From positions 103,852,001 to 103,916,000 of the forward strand of contig CM059431.1 in NCBI GenBank assembly GCA_030390025.1: a stretch of DNA of 64,000 nucleotides. The letters run 5' to 3'. Numbering within the stretch: position 1 is the stretch's first letter; the number at the start of each line of letters is the position of its first letter. This document shows positions 62,567-64,000 of this stretch, one piece after another. The translations under genes were made by a program, and so were the position numbers. The notes under the pieces are model-generated. The model saw nothing but the letters and a program-made list of their open reading frames with translations. It made no database searches and had not been told where the DNA came from. The stretch is from Squalus acanthias (Eukaryota).

Positions 62567-63186
62567 CTAACCCCATCAATATATCCTTCTATTCCTTTCT
62601 CCCTGATGTGTTTATCTAGCTTCCCCTTAAATGCATCTATACTATTCGCCTCAACCACTCCCTGTGGTAGCGAGTTCCACATTCTCGCCACTCTCTGGGT
62701 GAAGAAGTTTCTCCTGAATTCCCCATTGGATTTATTTGTGACTATCTTATATTTATGGTTCCTACTTCTGGTCTCCCCCACAAGTGCAAACATCTTCTCT
62801 ACGTCTACCCTATCAAAGCCTTTCATAATCTTATAGACCTCTGCCAGGTCACCTCTTAGCCTTCTCCTTTCTAGAGAAAGGAGCCCCAGCCTGTTCAAAC
62901 TTTTCTGATAGTTATAATATTTTGGCTTGTACAGCCTTATTATTTTACCCAGTTCTAATCAATAATACATTGCAGCATTGAAACATGCCATGAGCTTACC
63001 ATAATTGATATAATAAATATGAATTACAAGACTATAATGTGATGAAGTAGCACACCTGCTATTAAACTGCAAGAGCAGAGTTTGAGCAGTTTTTCAGTAG
63101 TATCTGCAGGCCACATTAGATTATAACCTTAAATCATCCCTACAATAACTGCTATTTATTATTATATACGGAACAGTGTTTGTTAT

Positions 63187-63620
63187 AAGAACATAAGAAA
63201 TAGGAGCAGGAGTAGGCCATTCAGCCCTTTGAGCCTGCTCCCCCATTCAATAAGATCATGGCTGATCTTCGACCTCAACTCCACCCTCACGCCCAATCCC
63301 CACATCCTTTGATTCCCCCAGTGTCCAAAAATCTCTCGATCTCAGCCTTGACTATACTCAACGACTGGGCATCTACAGCCCTCTGGGGTAGAGAATTCCA
63401 AAGATTCACAACCCTTTGAGCGAAGAAATTTCTCCTCATCTCAGTCCTAAATGGCCGACTCCTTATTCTGAGACTGTGACCCCTAGCTCTAGATGCCCCA
63501 GCCAGGGGAAACATTCTCCCAATATCGACCCTGTCAAGCCCTGTAAGAATTTTATACATTTCAATGAGATCACCTCTCATTCTTCTAAACTCTCGGGAAC
63601 ATTGGCCTAATTTACTCAAT
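63187..63620 (-). mobile_element. CR1 3' end
   Basis: ORF 63287-63619. Confidence 0.9.
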
Positions 63621-63779
63621 TAGAATTAAGTTCTTAGTTCTTAACTTTGATCATTGATTTTTTTTGTTATTCTGGGTTTGTGTGGTACTCTGACTGATTA
63701 ACTGAGCAGACTACTGAGAGTAAGGGAGCTGAAAGCATTCTGAACATGTTTATTGTTGAAGTTACTCTCATAACTTGGA

Positions 63780-64000
63780 AAGAAAGACTTGCATTTATAT
63801 AGCACATTTTATGATCTCAGGGTGTCCCAAAGCACTTTATAAATGATGAAGTATTTTTGAAGTGTAGTCACCATTGCGATGTAGGAAACGCAGCAGCCTT
63901 TTTGCGCACAGCAAGCTCCCACAAACAGAAATGAGATAAATGACCAGACAATCTGTTTTTAATGATGTTGGTTGAGGGATGACACCAGGAGAACTCCCCA
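63780..64000 (-). mobile_element. DeuSINE tail and body, running off the window edge
   Basis: Match to the other copies. Confidence 0.85.

Overview
Repeat-dominated eukaryotic DNA, almost certainly from a cartilaginous fish (shark). This rests on HE1-type V-SINEs, SacSINE/AmnSINE-like DeuSINEs and HER1-like CR1 LINEs. I recognise no host protein-coding exon, rRNA or true tRNA gene; the window reads as intronic or intergenic, and nearly every ORF in the track is a retroelement fragment or spurious. Contents: many 5'-truncated CR1 and L2 copies, a second CR1/Jockey-group LINE ('LINE-B'), two RTE pieces, three tRNA-derived SINE families, Penelope-like (PLE) fragments with minimal hammerhead ribozyme motifs, a diverse set of GG-ended MITEs (three with 3-bp TSDs, PIF/Harbinger-like), one hAT-like MITE, a 25-bp G-rich minisatellite and several repeat-free islands. 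Most notable: (1) CR1 copies carry clustered A-to-G changes on the element's own sense strand in both genomic orientations, suggesting ADAR-type editing of LINE RNA fixed by retrotransposition; (2) a young 129-bp-arm PLE-derived palindrome has a 12-bp TSD and a hammerhead motif on each strand; (3) a 1.7-kb foldback is interrupted by a LINE. Repeat boundaries are by eye (about +/-10-20 bp unless TIRs or TSDs are given), and family names come from recognition, not database search.
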